DNA from: a virus
DNA length: 64,000 bases
Strand: one strand, 5' to 3'
IMG/VR virus record: IMGVR_UViG_3300043411_000910
Coordinates: 1 to 64,000 of that record
The notes under the pieces are model-generated. The model had not been told where the DNA came from. It searched no databases and saw only the letters and a list, made by a program, of their open reading frames with translations. This document shows, piece by piece, positions 9,250 through 18,900 of the stretch. Each line of letters begins with the position of its first letter. Position 1 is the stretch's first letter. Both the position numbers and the translations under genes were made by a program.

Positions 9250-9388
9250 TTTTTCTCCTGCTTTTTCTAATTTTTATTTTTTTTATTACATAATCACATT
9301 TTTCTTTCAGTAGTTTATATTCTTCTATTTTAGTTTCGTCTAAGATTATTTCTGGTGAGCTAGCTAATTCTGATATCTTATTCTCCAT
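9227..9388 (-). CDS. Small basic hypothetical protein (53 aa)
   Basis: MENKISELASS...KREAA*, translated by hand; overlaps both neighbours. Confidence 0.45.
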   Translation of the reverse strand: MENKISELASSPEIILDETKIEEYKLLKEKCDYVIKKIKIRKSRRKNGKREAA

Positions 9389-9740
9389 CGTCCCCTAATT
9401 GCTCGATTATAAAATCTTCTTCTGATTTTTTATCTTTTTCATCATCTATATTTATTTCATTAGTATTACTAACGACAACAGATTTTGTTTTATCAGGTAT
9501 ATAAGTTTTAGTTTCTTTCACCTCAATATTACTCATATCCCTAGGTCTTCCTAATCCAAATACCAATAAGCCTTTCTTTTTATTTAATGTCCCAAATTCT
9601 AATGATTTTGCTATTTCTTTTCTATCTAGCTTAAATCTTCTAGATAGCAAATTAACACTACACATCGATTTAACTATTATATTTAAATCGGATATGCTAA
9701 TGTCCATTTTTGTTAGATTTGTTATCCATAACTCTTTCAT
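9378..9740 (-). CDS. Hypothetical protein sharing a domain with the N-terminus of the 5188 fibre
   Basis: MKELWITNL... with an acidic C-terminal tail; visual alignment to the 5188 protein. Confidence 0.65.
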   Translation of the reverse strand: MKELWITNLTKMDISISDLNIIVKSMCSVNLLSRRFKLDRKEIAKSLEFGTLNKKKGLLVFGLGRPRDMSNIEVKETKTYIPDKTKSVVVSNTNEINIDDEKDKKSEEDFIIEQLGDDGE

Positions 9741-9770
9741 AATTCCATGCAATAATAATAAATGCATTAC

Positions 9771-10670
9771 ATGGATATAAAAGCTCGTGGTGAATACCTT
9801 TCACCTACTGATACAGTAGGATTAACAATACAATTACGCGATCAGAATGGTCAACCCATTGATGCTGATTCATTTCCAACAATATCTCTAATATCTCCAA
9901 CTGGACTAGTTATCCTAACTCCAACCTCCCAAGGTGTAGAAAAGTTAGATACTGGAAAATATCAATTTACATTCAGTATCCCAATAAATGGTCCATTTGG
10001 AGTTTTTCAAGATTTATGGGTTGTTTATATAAATGGAGTTAGGTATGAACAAACTTTCCAATTTATAGTTGCTCATACTCAATTCGTTGGGATAAACATA
10101 GATGGTTATGAAAAACTTGGTGAAGATGTTGGTTTTGATTACTCACAAGAAGCTATTCATAATATAAATGTTTTATTGAAAATGCTAAGAGCTAGACTTA
10201 ATAGCTCAGGAAAATCTTTAATTAAAGATTCAAACGGAAATGATATGTATATAGATTGCGATATATTTGCAACTGATATACTTGTTACATTTTTATCTAC
10301 AGCGCTTGAAGATTTTAACCAAACACCTTATTTTACATTTTTCCAATTTAATGACTCAAGCTTTGTTGCTCAATTTGGCGCTATTCTTGTTGAAATAGCT
10401 GCTTATTATGCAATGGCAAGTATGGCGCTCATTGAACGTGGACGTGAAGCAACTTTAAATGACTCTTCGCTTTCTTTTCAACCACCAACGGTATCGGAGC
10501 TACTTAATACTCAATATTCAACACTTTTAACCCATTGTTATGAAAAATTAAAATATATAAAAAATAGCCTTCGTCCTAACCCTATAGGGTTAGGAGTTTT
10601 TACTATGTCTGGATATTCTAACCCAGCCATAGCTAGACTTAGACACGCGCGCGAGAGGCGTTTGGTTTAA
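9771..10670 (+). CDS. Probable neck/head-tail adaptor protein with an N-terminal Ig-like domain
   Basis: Beta-sandwich N-terminus and helical C-terminus; sits between head and tail genes. Confidence 0.6.
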   Translation: MDIKARGEYLSPTDTVGLTIQLRDQNGQPIDADSFPTISLISPTGLVILTPTSQGVEKLDTGKYQFTFSIPINGPFGVFQDLWVVYINGVRYEQTFQFIVAHTQFVGINIDGYEKLGEDVGFDYSQEAIHNINVLLKMLRARLNSSGKSLIKDSNGNDMYIDCDIFATDILVTFLSTALEDFNQTPYFTFFQFNDSSFVAQFGAILVEIAAYYAMASMALIERGREATLNDSSLSFQPPTVSELLNTQYSTLLTHCYEKLKYIKNSLRPNPIGLGVFTMSGYSNPAIARLRHARERRLV

Positions 10671-10744
10671 GAAACCAGCATTAATTTACATATATTTTTT
10701 AAAATAGTAGTCGCCTGTTGTTATAGTATATGTTAGGGATATGT

Positions 10745-12217
10745 ATGAGAAAATATATATGTAACGAAAATTTTTTTGATGAATTAAATGAAAAATCCGC
10801 CTATTGGGTTGGTTTTATAGCAGGTGATGGTTGTGTAAGAAAACATAATTATTCTTATGTTTTAAAAATTGCTTTGGCTACTAAAGATATCTCACATTTA
10901 GAAGCTTTTAAAAAAGATATAGAATTCACTGGTCCAGTGAATTCTTATACTATTATTAATAAAGATAAAAGTAAAACTTTAAAGAAAGATAAGTATTTTT
11001 CATCTCAAGTTTCAATAACATCAAAACATATTTTTAATAAATTAGGTGACTACAATGTAGTTCCAAATAAGACCTATATCTACAGTGTTCCAGATATTAT
11101 AAAAAATAGTAAATATGTAAACCATTTTGTTAGGGGGTGTATAGATTCTGATGGTTGGATTATTAAGCACAAAAATAATGGATCTTTAGTAACAACAAAT
11201 ATAAGAGTTGGTTTTTGCGGCACTGAGAATTTTGTTAAAGATGTTTTTAACATAATAAAAAATAATTTATCAATATCTGGTGGTGATTTAATAAAAAGAG
11301 ATGATATAAATTGGAATTTCCAATTCGAAAAGAAAGAAGATGTACACAAAATAATTGAATGGATTTATGAAGATGCTACTGTTTTTTTACAAAGAAAAAA
11401 AGACAATGCTGATATGGCTTCCGAATTTTATAAAAATATTTTAAAATATGACAATTTTTTACTTAGTGAAGAAGAATTGAAATCAGATTATGATGTTTTA
11501 AAAAGCATTAAAGAAATTTCTAAAAAATATAATAGAAGTAAGAGAATAGTTAGCAAGCGTATGCGAGAACTTGGTTTGGATTATAAAAACAAAGATAAGC
11601 CTAAAAATGTATATAATGATTTTTTTGATTTTGACTCCGAAAAAAAATTTTATTGGGTAGGATTTTTGGCTGGCAAATCTTCTATTATAAATAGAGGCGG
11701 TAAAATAAATTTAGCAATAAATACTAATGATAAATCTATAATAGATAAGTTTACTCAAGATTCTGGTATGAGTATTAATGTTTGCCAAATGGAGAGTAAA
11801 AGTAAAATAAATTACCAAGGGTCTATTTTTGATGATGATATAATAAAAAAATTGAGCGAATTTAATATTACCGCAGACAAAGATGTTAATTATAAGATAC
11901 CTGAAAAATTATTAAATAATGAACAGCTTAGGCATTTATTGAGGGGATATTTTGATGCTAGAAGTTCTCTACAAATAAATGAAAAAATAATTTTTACAGT
12001 AAAAAACAATAAATGTTTTATAAACCAGATAAATGATATCTTTAATTCAAATGGTATATTAATAACTGCAAAGATCAAGGAATATGAATATAATAAAAGT
12101 CATGAAATACGATATATAGGATCTCAAGCTAAAAATATATTAAATTACCTCTATAAAGACGCTACCATTTATTTAGATAGAAAATATGATAAAATAAAAC
12201 ATTTGCTTGATAAATAA
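10745..12217 (+). CDS. Free-standing LAGLIDADG homing endonuclease (duplicated unit)
   Basis: AYWVGFIAGDG and FVRGCIDSDG, then a second unit FYWVGFLAGKS and LLRGYFDARS; both units end in Y.DAT..L.RK. Start is 10745 or 10730. Confidence 0.9.
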   Translation: MRKYICNENFFDELNEKSAYWVGFIAGDGCVRKHNYSYVLKIALATKDISHLEAFKKDIEFTGPVNSYTIINKDKSKTLKKDKYFSSQVSITSKHIFNKLGDYNVVPNKTYIYSVPDIIKNSKYVNHFVRGCIDSDGWIIKHKNNGSLVTTNIRVGFCGTENFVKDVFNIIKNNLSISGGDLIKRDDINWNFQFEKKEDVHKIIEWIYEDATVFLQRKKDNADMASEFYKNILKYDNFLLSEEELKSDYDVLKSIKEISKKYNRSKRIVSKRMRELGLDYKNKDKPKNVYNDFFDFDSEKKFYWVGFLAGKSSIINRGGKINLAINTNDKSIIDKFTQDSGMSINVCQMESKSKINYQGSIFDDDIIKKLSEFNITADKDVNYKIPEKLLNNEQLRHLLRGYFDARSSLQINEKIIFTVKNNKCFINQINDIFNSNGILITAKIKEYEYNKSHEIRYIGSQAKNILNYLYKDATIYLDRKYDKIKHLLDK

Positions 12218-12227
12218 TCATATTAAT

Positions 12228-12734
12228 ATGGCATCATCAAAAAAATATACTTTAGAAGAAGTTAAGCAAATTTCAAAACCAGATCTAATAAAAATAATAA
12301 ACAAAGGTAGAGAATATATAAAAAACCATCAAGTAACTAAAGATGCTTTTAAAAAATACAAAGCTGATCTTAATGAAATTGATTATATTCCTATTATGTT
12401 TGAAGATCTAGATGTATCAGCAAAAACTGATCATGGTATGATATTATTAAATTACGAATTACTTTGTGACGGTCAATTTGAAAAAGATTATTCTTATCTA
12501 GCTCATGAGTTAGTTCATTATCTACAACAAACATGTAGACCAGATGGTACAATGCCTTTTGATGGTGAGTATTTAGACAATCCAGATGAACAAGAAGGAT
12601 TTCAAGCACAAGTTAACTTTATACAAGATGAATATGGTGAATCTGAGGCTTCTAAATATGTTGATCATTTATTAGAACATCATGAAATCAGTAATAATAA
12701 AAAGGATAAGCTATATAACAAGCTTATGCCATAA
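12228..12734 (+). CDS. Zincin-like metallopeptidase domain protein
   Basis: LAHELVHYLQ (HExxH) with a downstream YLDNPDEQEGF third-ligand motif. Confidence 0.7.
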   Translation: MASSKKYTLEEVKQISKPDLIKIINKGREYIKNHQVTKDAFKKYKADLNEIDYIPIMFEDLDVSAKTDHGMILLNYELLCDGQFEKDYSYLAHELVHYLQQTCRPDGTMPFDGEYLDNPDEQEGFQAQVNFIQDEYGESEASKYVDHLLEHHEISNNKKDKLYNKLMP

Positions 12735-12748
12735 TTTAAGATTTATGT

Positions 12749-14323
12749 ATGTCATTTTACACAATAGAGAAAAGATTTGGTTTAGAATCAGTAAGCTCAT
12801 TGGGGGATGGATACAGTGTAGCTTTAAAATGGTATCAAGCTTACCCAGATAATCCAACAAACTCAATTGCATACAATATATACTATTCAACAAATCAAGA
12901 AGATGTATTTAAAGAAAATCCAAAACTAGTTAGCATAGATGATAAACTAGAAACAATATTAACAGATTTTATTCCAGGGCAATTATATTACTTTGGCATA
13001 AGACCCATAGAATATAATCCAATTGTATATGATTTTTCATTGTTAGTTGATGTAGATATAAACATGAAAGCATATCAAACAACTATTTTATCAGAAGATA
13101 TAGATGGATATCAAACAAATATACCAGTAGACGACGCAACTGGTTTTCCATTATCTGGTGTTTTAAAAATAGGTTATGAACTAGTTGAGTATGATAATAT
13201 AGTTGATAATGTTTTTAATGTAACTTTACGTGGTGCTGGTGGAACTACAGCAAGACTTCATACAAAAGATGGTTACGATGGTATTAGTTACTTAGATCCA
13301 GATGTTTATTATTTTGTGGTTGGTGATGATCCAAGATTTGATAAAATAATTTTATTACAATCTAGATTTGAATATCCTAATTTTGCTTTCACAGAACAAG
13401 ATGGATACAAACAAGTAACTGAAGATTTATTGTATACTGATTTATCTGGAAGCGATGCTCAAAATATAGATTTCCCTTCTTATGATTATGTTGGATGGCA
13501 TAGAACAGATCCTAAAAAAATAATAGCTGGAGAATGTGTTGGTTCTTACATTGGAGGATATCGATATTGTGCTGATGGTTACTCTGGTGTTGGTATGATG
13601 GTTAGAGGAATATCATTCCAGGATGCAAATAATCAAAGGCAGGAATTACTTCTGGAGTCAACCGGAGATCCGTGCGTTTTGCTTAAGATGCAAAAGACTG
13701 GGATTGTTTGTAGCTGTTATTTAGCTTCATCTGAGTATCCAGATGATCGGTGTCCTAATTGCTTTGGAACTAAATTAGTTCTAGGTTTTAATCAATATTT
13801 TAATCCAAGAAGATCTGATGGGAGAATAATGGTAAGATTTTCTCCTGGTGAAGATGATGTTAAGATGTATGAAGCTGGACTAGAATCTGAGTTTTCAACT
13901 GAGGTGTGGACATTAACTGTTCCTACTATAGCTGATAGAGATATTCTTGTTAGGTATGATGAATCTGACAATGAAGAATATAGATATGAAATATTATCTG
14001 TCACGAGGCAAAGAACATTCCTTAGACAGCAAGGTGGTCAAAAAGCAAGAGTACAAAGAATAAGAAAAACAGATCCAGCTTATAAGATAAAAGTATTTAG
14101 TAATACTTCTTTAGAGCCGCAAGATTACTCTACTACATTTTCTATCTCTAATGGCATTCCTTTACACAAGCATGACATTAGAATAAATGAGAAATCTATA
14201 AATAATTTTTCACAAATAACAGATGTATCTGCCGGGCATTCACATGTTGTTAAGTATAATGCATCTACAAATAAATTAGATGTATCAGTTGTATTAGGAC
14301 ATACTCACGAGATATTACTATAA
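12749..14323 (+). CDS. Probable neck/head-closure protein with FN3-like N-terminus, Cys4 knuckle and C-terminal HxH repeats
   Basis: LKW...YNIYY...YYFGIR (FN3-like); CSC...CPNCFGT; HKH, HSH and HTH near the end; gene position. Confidence 0.6.
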   Translation: MSFYTIEKRFGLESVSSLGDGYSVALKWYQAYPDNPTNSIAYNIYYSTNQEDVFKENPKLVSIDDKLETILTDFIPGQLYYFGIRPIEYNPIVYDFSLLVDVDINMKAYQTTILSEDIDGYQTNIPVDDATGFPLSGVLKIGYELVEYDNIVDNVFNVTLRGAGGTTARLHTKDGYDGISYLDPDVYYFVVGDDPRFDKIILLQSRFEYPNFAFTEQDGYKQVTEDLLYTDLSGSDAQNIDFPSYDYVGWHRTDPKKIIAGECVGSYIGGYRYCADGYSGVGMMVRGISFQDANNQRQELLLESTGDPCVLLKMQKTGIVCSCYLASSEYPDDRCPNCFGTKLVLGFNQYFNPRRSDGRIMVRFSPGEDDVKMYEAGLESEFSTEVWTLTVPTIADRDILVRYDESDNEEYRYEILSVTRQRTFLRQQGGQKARVQRIRKTDPAYKIKVFSNTSLEPQDYSTTFSISNGIPLHKHDIRINEKSINNFSQITDVSAGHSHVVKYNASTNKLDVSVVLGHTHEILL

Positions 14324-14330
14324 GGAATAT

Positions 14331-15524
14331 ATGACAACACCAACAAATTATGGTAAGTTAGCAGTAAGTCTTGATACATTTAATTCTCATGCATCTGGAG
14401 CCTCGTCAAAACATGAGGCAACAACAATAACTCTAGATCCAGCAGTAACCATAGATGGATACTCAGCATCTAATGTAAAGTCTGCTATTAATAAACTAAA
14501 CTCATACATTGCAACAGTTGCCTCGACGGCTCCAAGTGACGCTAGTACTTCCGCGAAAGGTATAGTTAAACTTGATGGTGATTTGTCTGGAACAGCATTA
14601 CTACCAACAGTGACAAGAGTAACAGGTAATTCCAGTACAACTTCAGTTGAGCTAGATCAGGTTAATTTATATTTTACTGATACGGCTGGTACAGCACATA
14701 AGATAGGTTTTAAATCATCTAATCCAGTTGGTAATCCTGGCACGCTTACTATACAAGGGCAACGAGCAAGGCTAAATCTTTTTAGCGTTGTTAATGGTGG
14801 TGATGTAACTATAATAGGTGGATTAAAGAACACGCTTAGTGCTTCATCAAGAAATGGAAAAGTTTTCGTTAAGACTCAAACTGGAGATGTAATAGTAGCA
14901 AAGGAAACTGGAGTGACAGCAAACATACTTTCATTATTTAATGATGTATCTTCTACTGATTACCCAAGCTCTGTTGATAAAACAATTTATGTAAGGGATG
15001 CTTCTACAGATCCTATAGCTTTGCCTTTATCTGGATCAATTTTATATTCTAATGGTGGGTTTTTAAAAGTTAAGCATGGCAATGGTGATAACTTTGCAAT
15101 TGGAGACCATCCAGAAAGATGGTCTGCCAATATAGGTATAGCTTCTGGGTTTTCTTCAGGTTTGATATGCGATGCGAAGAGAATAGCAACCACAACACTT
15201 GAACAAACTATAAGTTCATTATCATTTAATGAAAATGATGGTGTTATGATTGTAAGTGTTGACATGGTTGGATTATGCAATACTCCAGTATTTGGTTTTG
15301 CTGGGTATAAGTTTGTTTCTACATTGAAAATTAATGCTGGCACTATATCTACAATATCTACTACATTTTTACATTCAAGCGAAAGTGGTGATGCTGTTAA
15401 TTGGAACGCTCCTGATGTCACAAGTAATTCACCATATCTTATTGAGGTTGTAACTGGTGTTAGTCCCGATACTTATTCAATAAGTTGGTTTGCAAACGTT
15501 GCATATTCATACATTGAGAACTAA
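14331..15524 (+). CDS. Fibre/whisker-like virion protein
   Basis: DASTSAKGIVKL.GDL.GTA phage fibre repeat; S/T/G-rich beta composition. Confidence 0.65.
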   Translation: MTTPTNYGKLAVSLDTFNSHASGASSKHEATTITLDPAVTIDGYSASNVKSAINKLNSYIATVASTAPSDASTSAKGIVKLDGDLSGTALLPTVTRVTGNSSTTSVELDQVNLYFTDTAGTAHKIGFKSSNPVGNPGTLTIQGQRARLNLFSVVNGGDVTIIGGLKNTLSASSRNGKVFVKTQTGDVIVAKETGVTANILSLFNDVSSTDYPSSVDKTIYVRDASTDPIALPLSGSILYSNGGFLKVKHGNGDNFAIGDHPERWSANIGIASGFSSGLICDAKRIATTTLEQTISSLSFNENDGVMIVSVDMVGLCNTPVFGFAGYKFVSTLKINAGTISTISTTFLHSSESGDAVNWNAPDVTSNSPYLIEVVTGVSPDTYSISWFANVAYSYIEN

Positions 15525-15528
15525 CCAA

Positions 15529-15554
15529 TATTCCCTAATTGTTATTAGGGAATA
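15529..15554 (+). promoter_or_regulatory. Hairpin covering the RBS of the holin-like gene
   Basis: TATTCCCTAAT-tgtt-ATTAGGGAATA, a perfect 11-bp stem containing AGGGA and ending just before ATG 15556. Confidence 0.55.
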
Positions 15555-15555
15555 A

Positions 15556-15954
15556 ATGGATTTAGCGTTATCAATGTTATTAAGTTGGCAATTTATATTG
15601 TTTTGCCTAGGAATAGCTGCATTAACATATGTAGTTAGGATTATTGTTGAGTATGTACTTGGACAATTAAACAAATTGAAATCAAAGCTATGGAACGAAT
15701 TATTATTACCAATTGGTCCTGTAGTTAGCGGACCAGTTATAGCATGGTATTTTGAATCTTATCCATATCCATCAGATTTAAAGCAAGTTGGCGGCAGGGT
15801 TGTATTTGGATTAGTTGCTGGATTATTTTCAGGATTAGTTTATAAGATAGTAAAAGGTTTAATAGGTGATAAGTACAAAACAATAAGTGATAAAGCAGAA
15901 GATTTGTCTTTAGATAAAGTTGCATCACAATTAAGAGACACAATAGTTAAATAA
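15556..15954 (+). CDS. Holin-like membrane protein
   Basis: 132 aa with three hydrophobic segments, GLVAGLFSGLVY and a charged C-terminal tail. Confidence 0.65.
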   Translation: MDLALSMLLSWQFILFCLGIAALTYVVRIIVEYVLGQLNKLKSKLWNELLLPIGPVVSGPVIAWYFESYPYPSDLKQVGGRVVFGLVAGLFSGLVYKIVKGLIGDKYKTISDKAEDLSLDKVASQLRDTIVK

Positions 15955-15987
15955 AGCGATATTAAGTATATTAGTTTTGGAGAATAA

Positions 15988-18900
15988 ATGAGTAACTACC
16001 CAACATCAATAGATAATGATGCAACAATTCCATCAGTTAATGATAATATTACTGAAATTGGAGCTGAAGCAATAAATGCTCTTAAAGAAGCTGTAATAAA
16101 TATAGAATCTGAATTGGGTATTGGTTTATCCGGATCAGTAGCAGATCTTGCAACAAGATTAGATGTAGCTTTAAATCCAGACGGGACAATAAATTCATCA
16201 GTTTTAATATCTGCTGGTTTAGTTACTTTACCAATAACTAATTCACAAATATCAGCAACAGCTCAAATAGATGAATCTAAATTAAATTTAAATTATCCAA
16301 CATCAACATTAAATACAAGTATCGCGTTGGCAGAGGCTCATGCTCAATCTGCTTTAGGATGGATAAATCTAAATTCTAATAAAATTTCAAGCCACATAGA
16401 TGGGACATCTTTTTTCCATACATTATCCGCTATAGAAGTTGCAAGTGACTCATCTGGATATTTAAAAAATAAATATCTAACAAATAGAGATAATACAAAC
16501 TCTTATACTTTTATTGATGATCTTAATAGTGATTTTGTTGATCATCAAAGAAAAGATGGAACAACTGTATCTTCAACAAATGTAACTACACTTGGTGGTG
16601 GTAATTATCCAGATAATTATTCACATACCGCTGGTGCTATTTATATAAACACAAATAATTTTGCCACTATACCACAAACAACAAATACTTTACAAGAGCT
16701 AGCTGAATTCATAGATAACACATCTATATTTCTATATGGCTCCAGAGTTCAAAATTTTTACTCTAATGGTGTATCTAAAGCTTCTAGATCAGTTTCATTG
16801 AAGTCAGATACCAGAAGCATAGAATTGATTCCAGCAACAACGGCTAGGACGTATCTAAGAAATGATGGTACAACTTCCGTTCCAGTAGATGATATTTCAG
16901 AAGGTGATGACATTATTGAGTTCACACCAGAAGACGTTGTTACAAATAACAATCTTTTTGATGCACAATTTTCTTTGGTAAATGCTGGGGATATTGTCGT
17001 TGTAAACTATGGAACAGTACAAGCTGAATTCATAGTAAAAGAAAAGAAATATCTATATGGTGGTGGTAAGCAATACATTATAAGAATAAATGGTACAAAT
17101 CTAAAATATACAACATCCGCAAGTGTATCTATATATAGAAAACAATATACAACTGATAAGCAACATGTGCTAGCATTAGCTAATGCAGAAAATGTAGATG
17201 CTCAATTAACAAGCTTAATAGCTATACATCCAAGAAGCGCATCTGTACTTGGAATTGGATTCAATCCAAATCTATTAGACACAGAGCATTATAATTTGTA
17301 TCTAGCATTTTATCCTAATGGAAATCTAGATGGTTATGAAGTACTACCAGCAATTGACGTAACAGGTAATGCAGGTACAACTCCAGGTAGATATACGTTG
17401 GAGTACATTGTTAATAAAACAAATCTAGCATTCAGGATAAATGGATACAACTATAGATTTGCTGCCTATCAATACAATGGCGAATTTGGAATTGCATTAA
17501 CTGATCCATATAGCAATTCAGCATTTTCAATAATATCAGGAACAGTAGATTCAGCTGGAGCATATGACCAAACATCAACTGTAGCTTCTTATCCAAACAA
17601 TGTTGTAGATGTTTTTGACTATTTAGATACGCTAAGTGAAACTCAAAAACCAAAAGATGCATTAGGATTTGGACCAAGTGCAGCAAATATAGCTTCTCCA
17701 CCTTATTTGGGTGATTATGCAACAGAAGAGCAAGCATTGTATCCAACAAAAGTATTCTTTCCTCTAAAAAGAAATTACTACTATGTTAATGGAACAGAGA
17801 GAGATACATTTTCTCCAGATGTCAATCAAATAACAGATGGATATGGTGATGGTTATTGGCTAGCAGAGATAACAGATGTAACTGTTATCCCAGGACCATC
17901 TGGTAGGGTTGATGTTACATACAAAGTTCCATATGATTTATTAACATCGAATATAAAAATAGGTAAAACATTAGTTATCCAACCATTAACTGATGGATAT
18001 TTTATTGATTCTGGAAGATTTATGATCAGTGATATTTCATCTAACATGTGTGATGGATACTCTGATTTCACTAGTATAACTGTATATGATGCTGTACATG
18101 GGTTTGGATCCTCACCAACAACAACGGCTGATATAGGTACTTTTGTAAAGCTATACTTCAATTACGATTCAATAGGCTTTAATGATCAAAATGCAAGTGA
18201 TGATACAGTAATCAGTCCATTTAAAAGATATTTTGAGGTGTATGTAAACCAAGATGGAAAAACATTTGCTCATGAAAGAGCAAGAATGTCAACTGATCCA
18301 GCTGACATAACAGTATTATCCCAAACTTTATATGGATCACTAGCTGCTTCAAATATAGATGTTTGCTATATTTCTCCGAAATTAAAAGGATATACTTATG
18401 GTTCTATAAAGAAGATAAGTTTAAACTTGGATTATACCTCTACCACTGGGTTAGTACTAGCTTACCTTAATAATTATAATGGTGTTGCCAATAAAACCAG
18501 GGGACCAATAGCTCAAGGATTTATTGGTGAAAGGATAAGAGTATATGATGAGTCAAATATCGATTTTATCGAAATAAGATTGGATATTGATAATACCGTA
18601 GCCTCATTTAGTTCAGAAAATATAGACATACAACTATATAATTCTTTGGAGCTAGATCAGGAATTATTTTTACTTGGAAGTTGCTTATTAAATACATCTA
18701 CAAACAGAATATTAGTATTAAATGATCTAAGAGAGTTTGGAAATGTTGCTGAAAAGGATATAAGCAAATCTTTAATAGATTTTATAGGAATGGGTGATAA
18801 GTACCTACATTCAAATGGAGTTGTATCGGGATTTGATTTATCTCCAGATGCACCAAATCCAGCTGATAATCAAATTTATTTAACAGGTGGTATTGCTTCA

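Noticed and set aside
10671-12227. Second group I intron around the LAGLIDADG gene
   Set aside because: No P7 or other core elements found, there is almost no non-coding space, and both flanking genes look complete.
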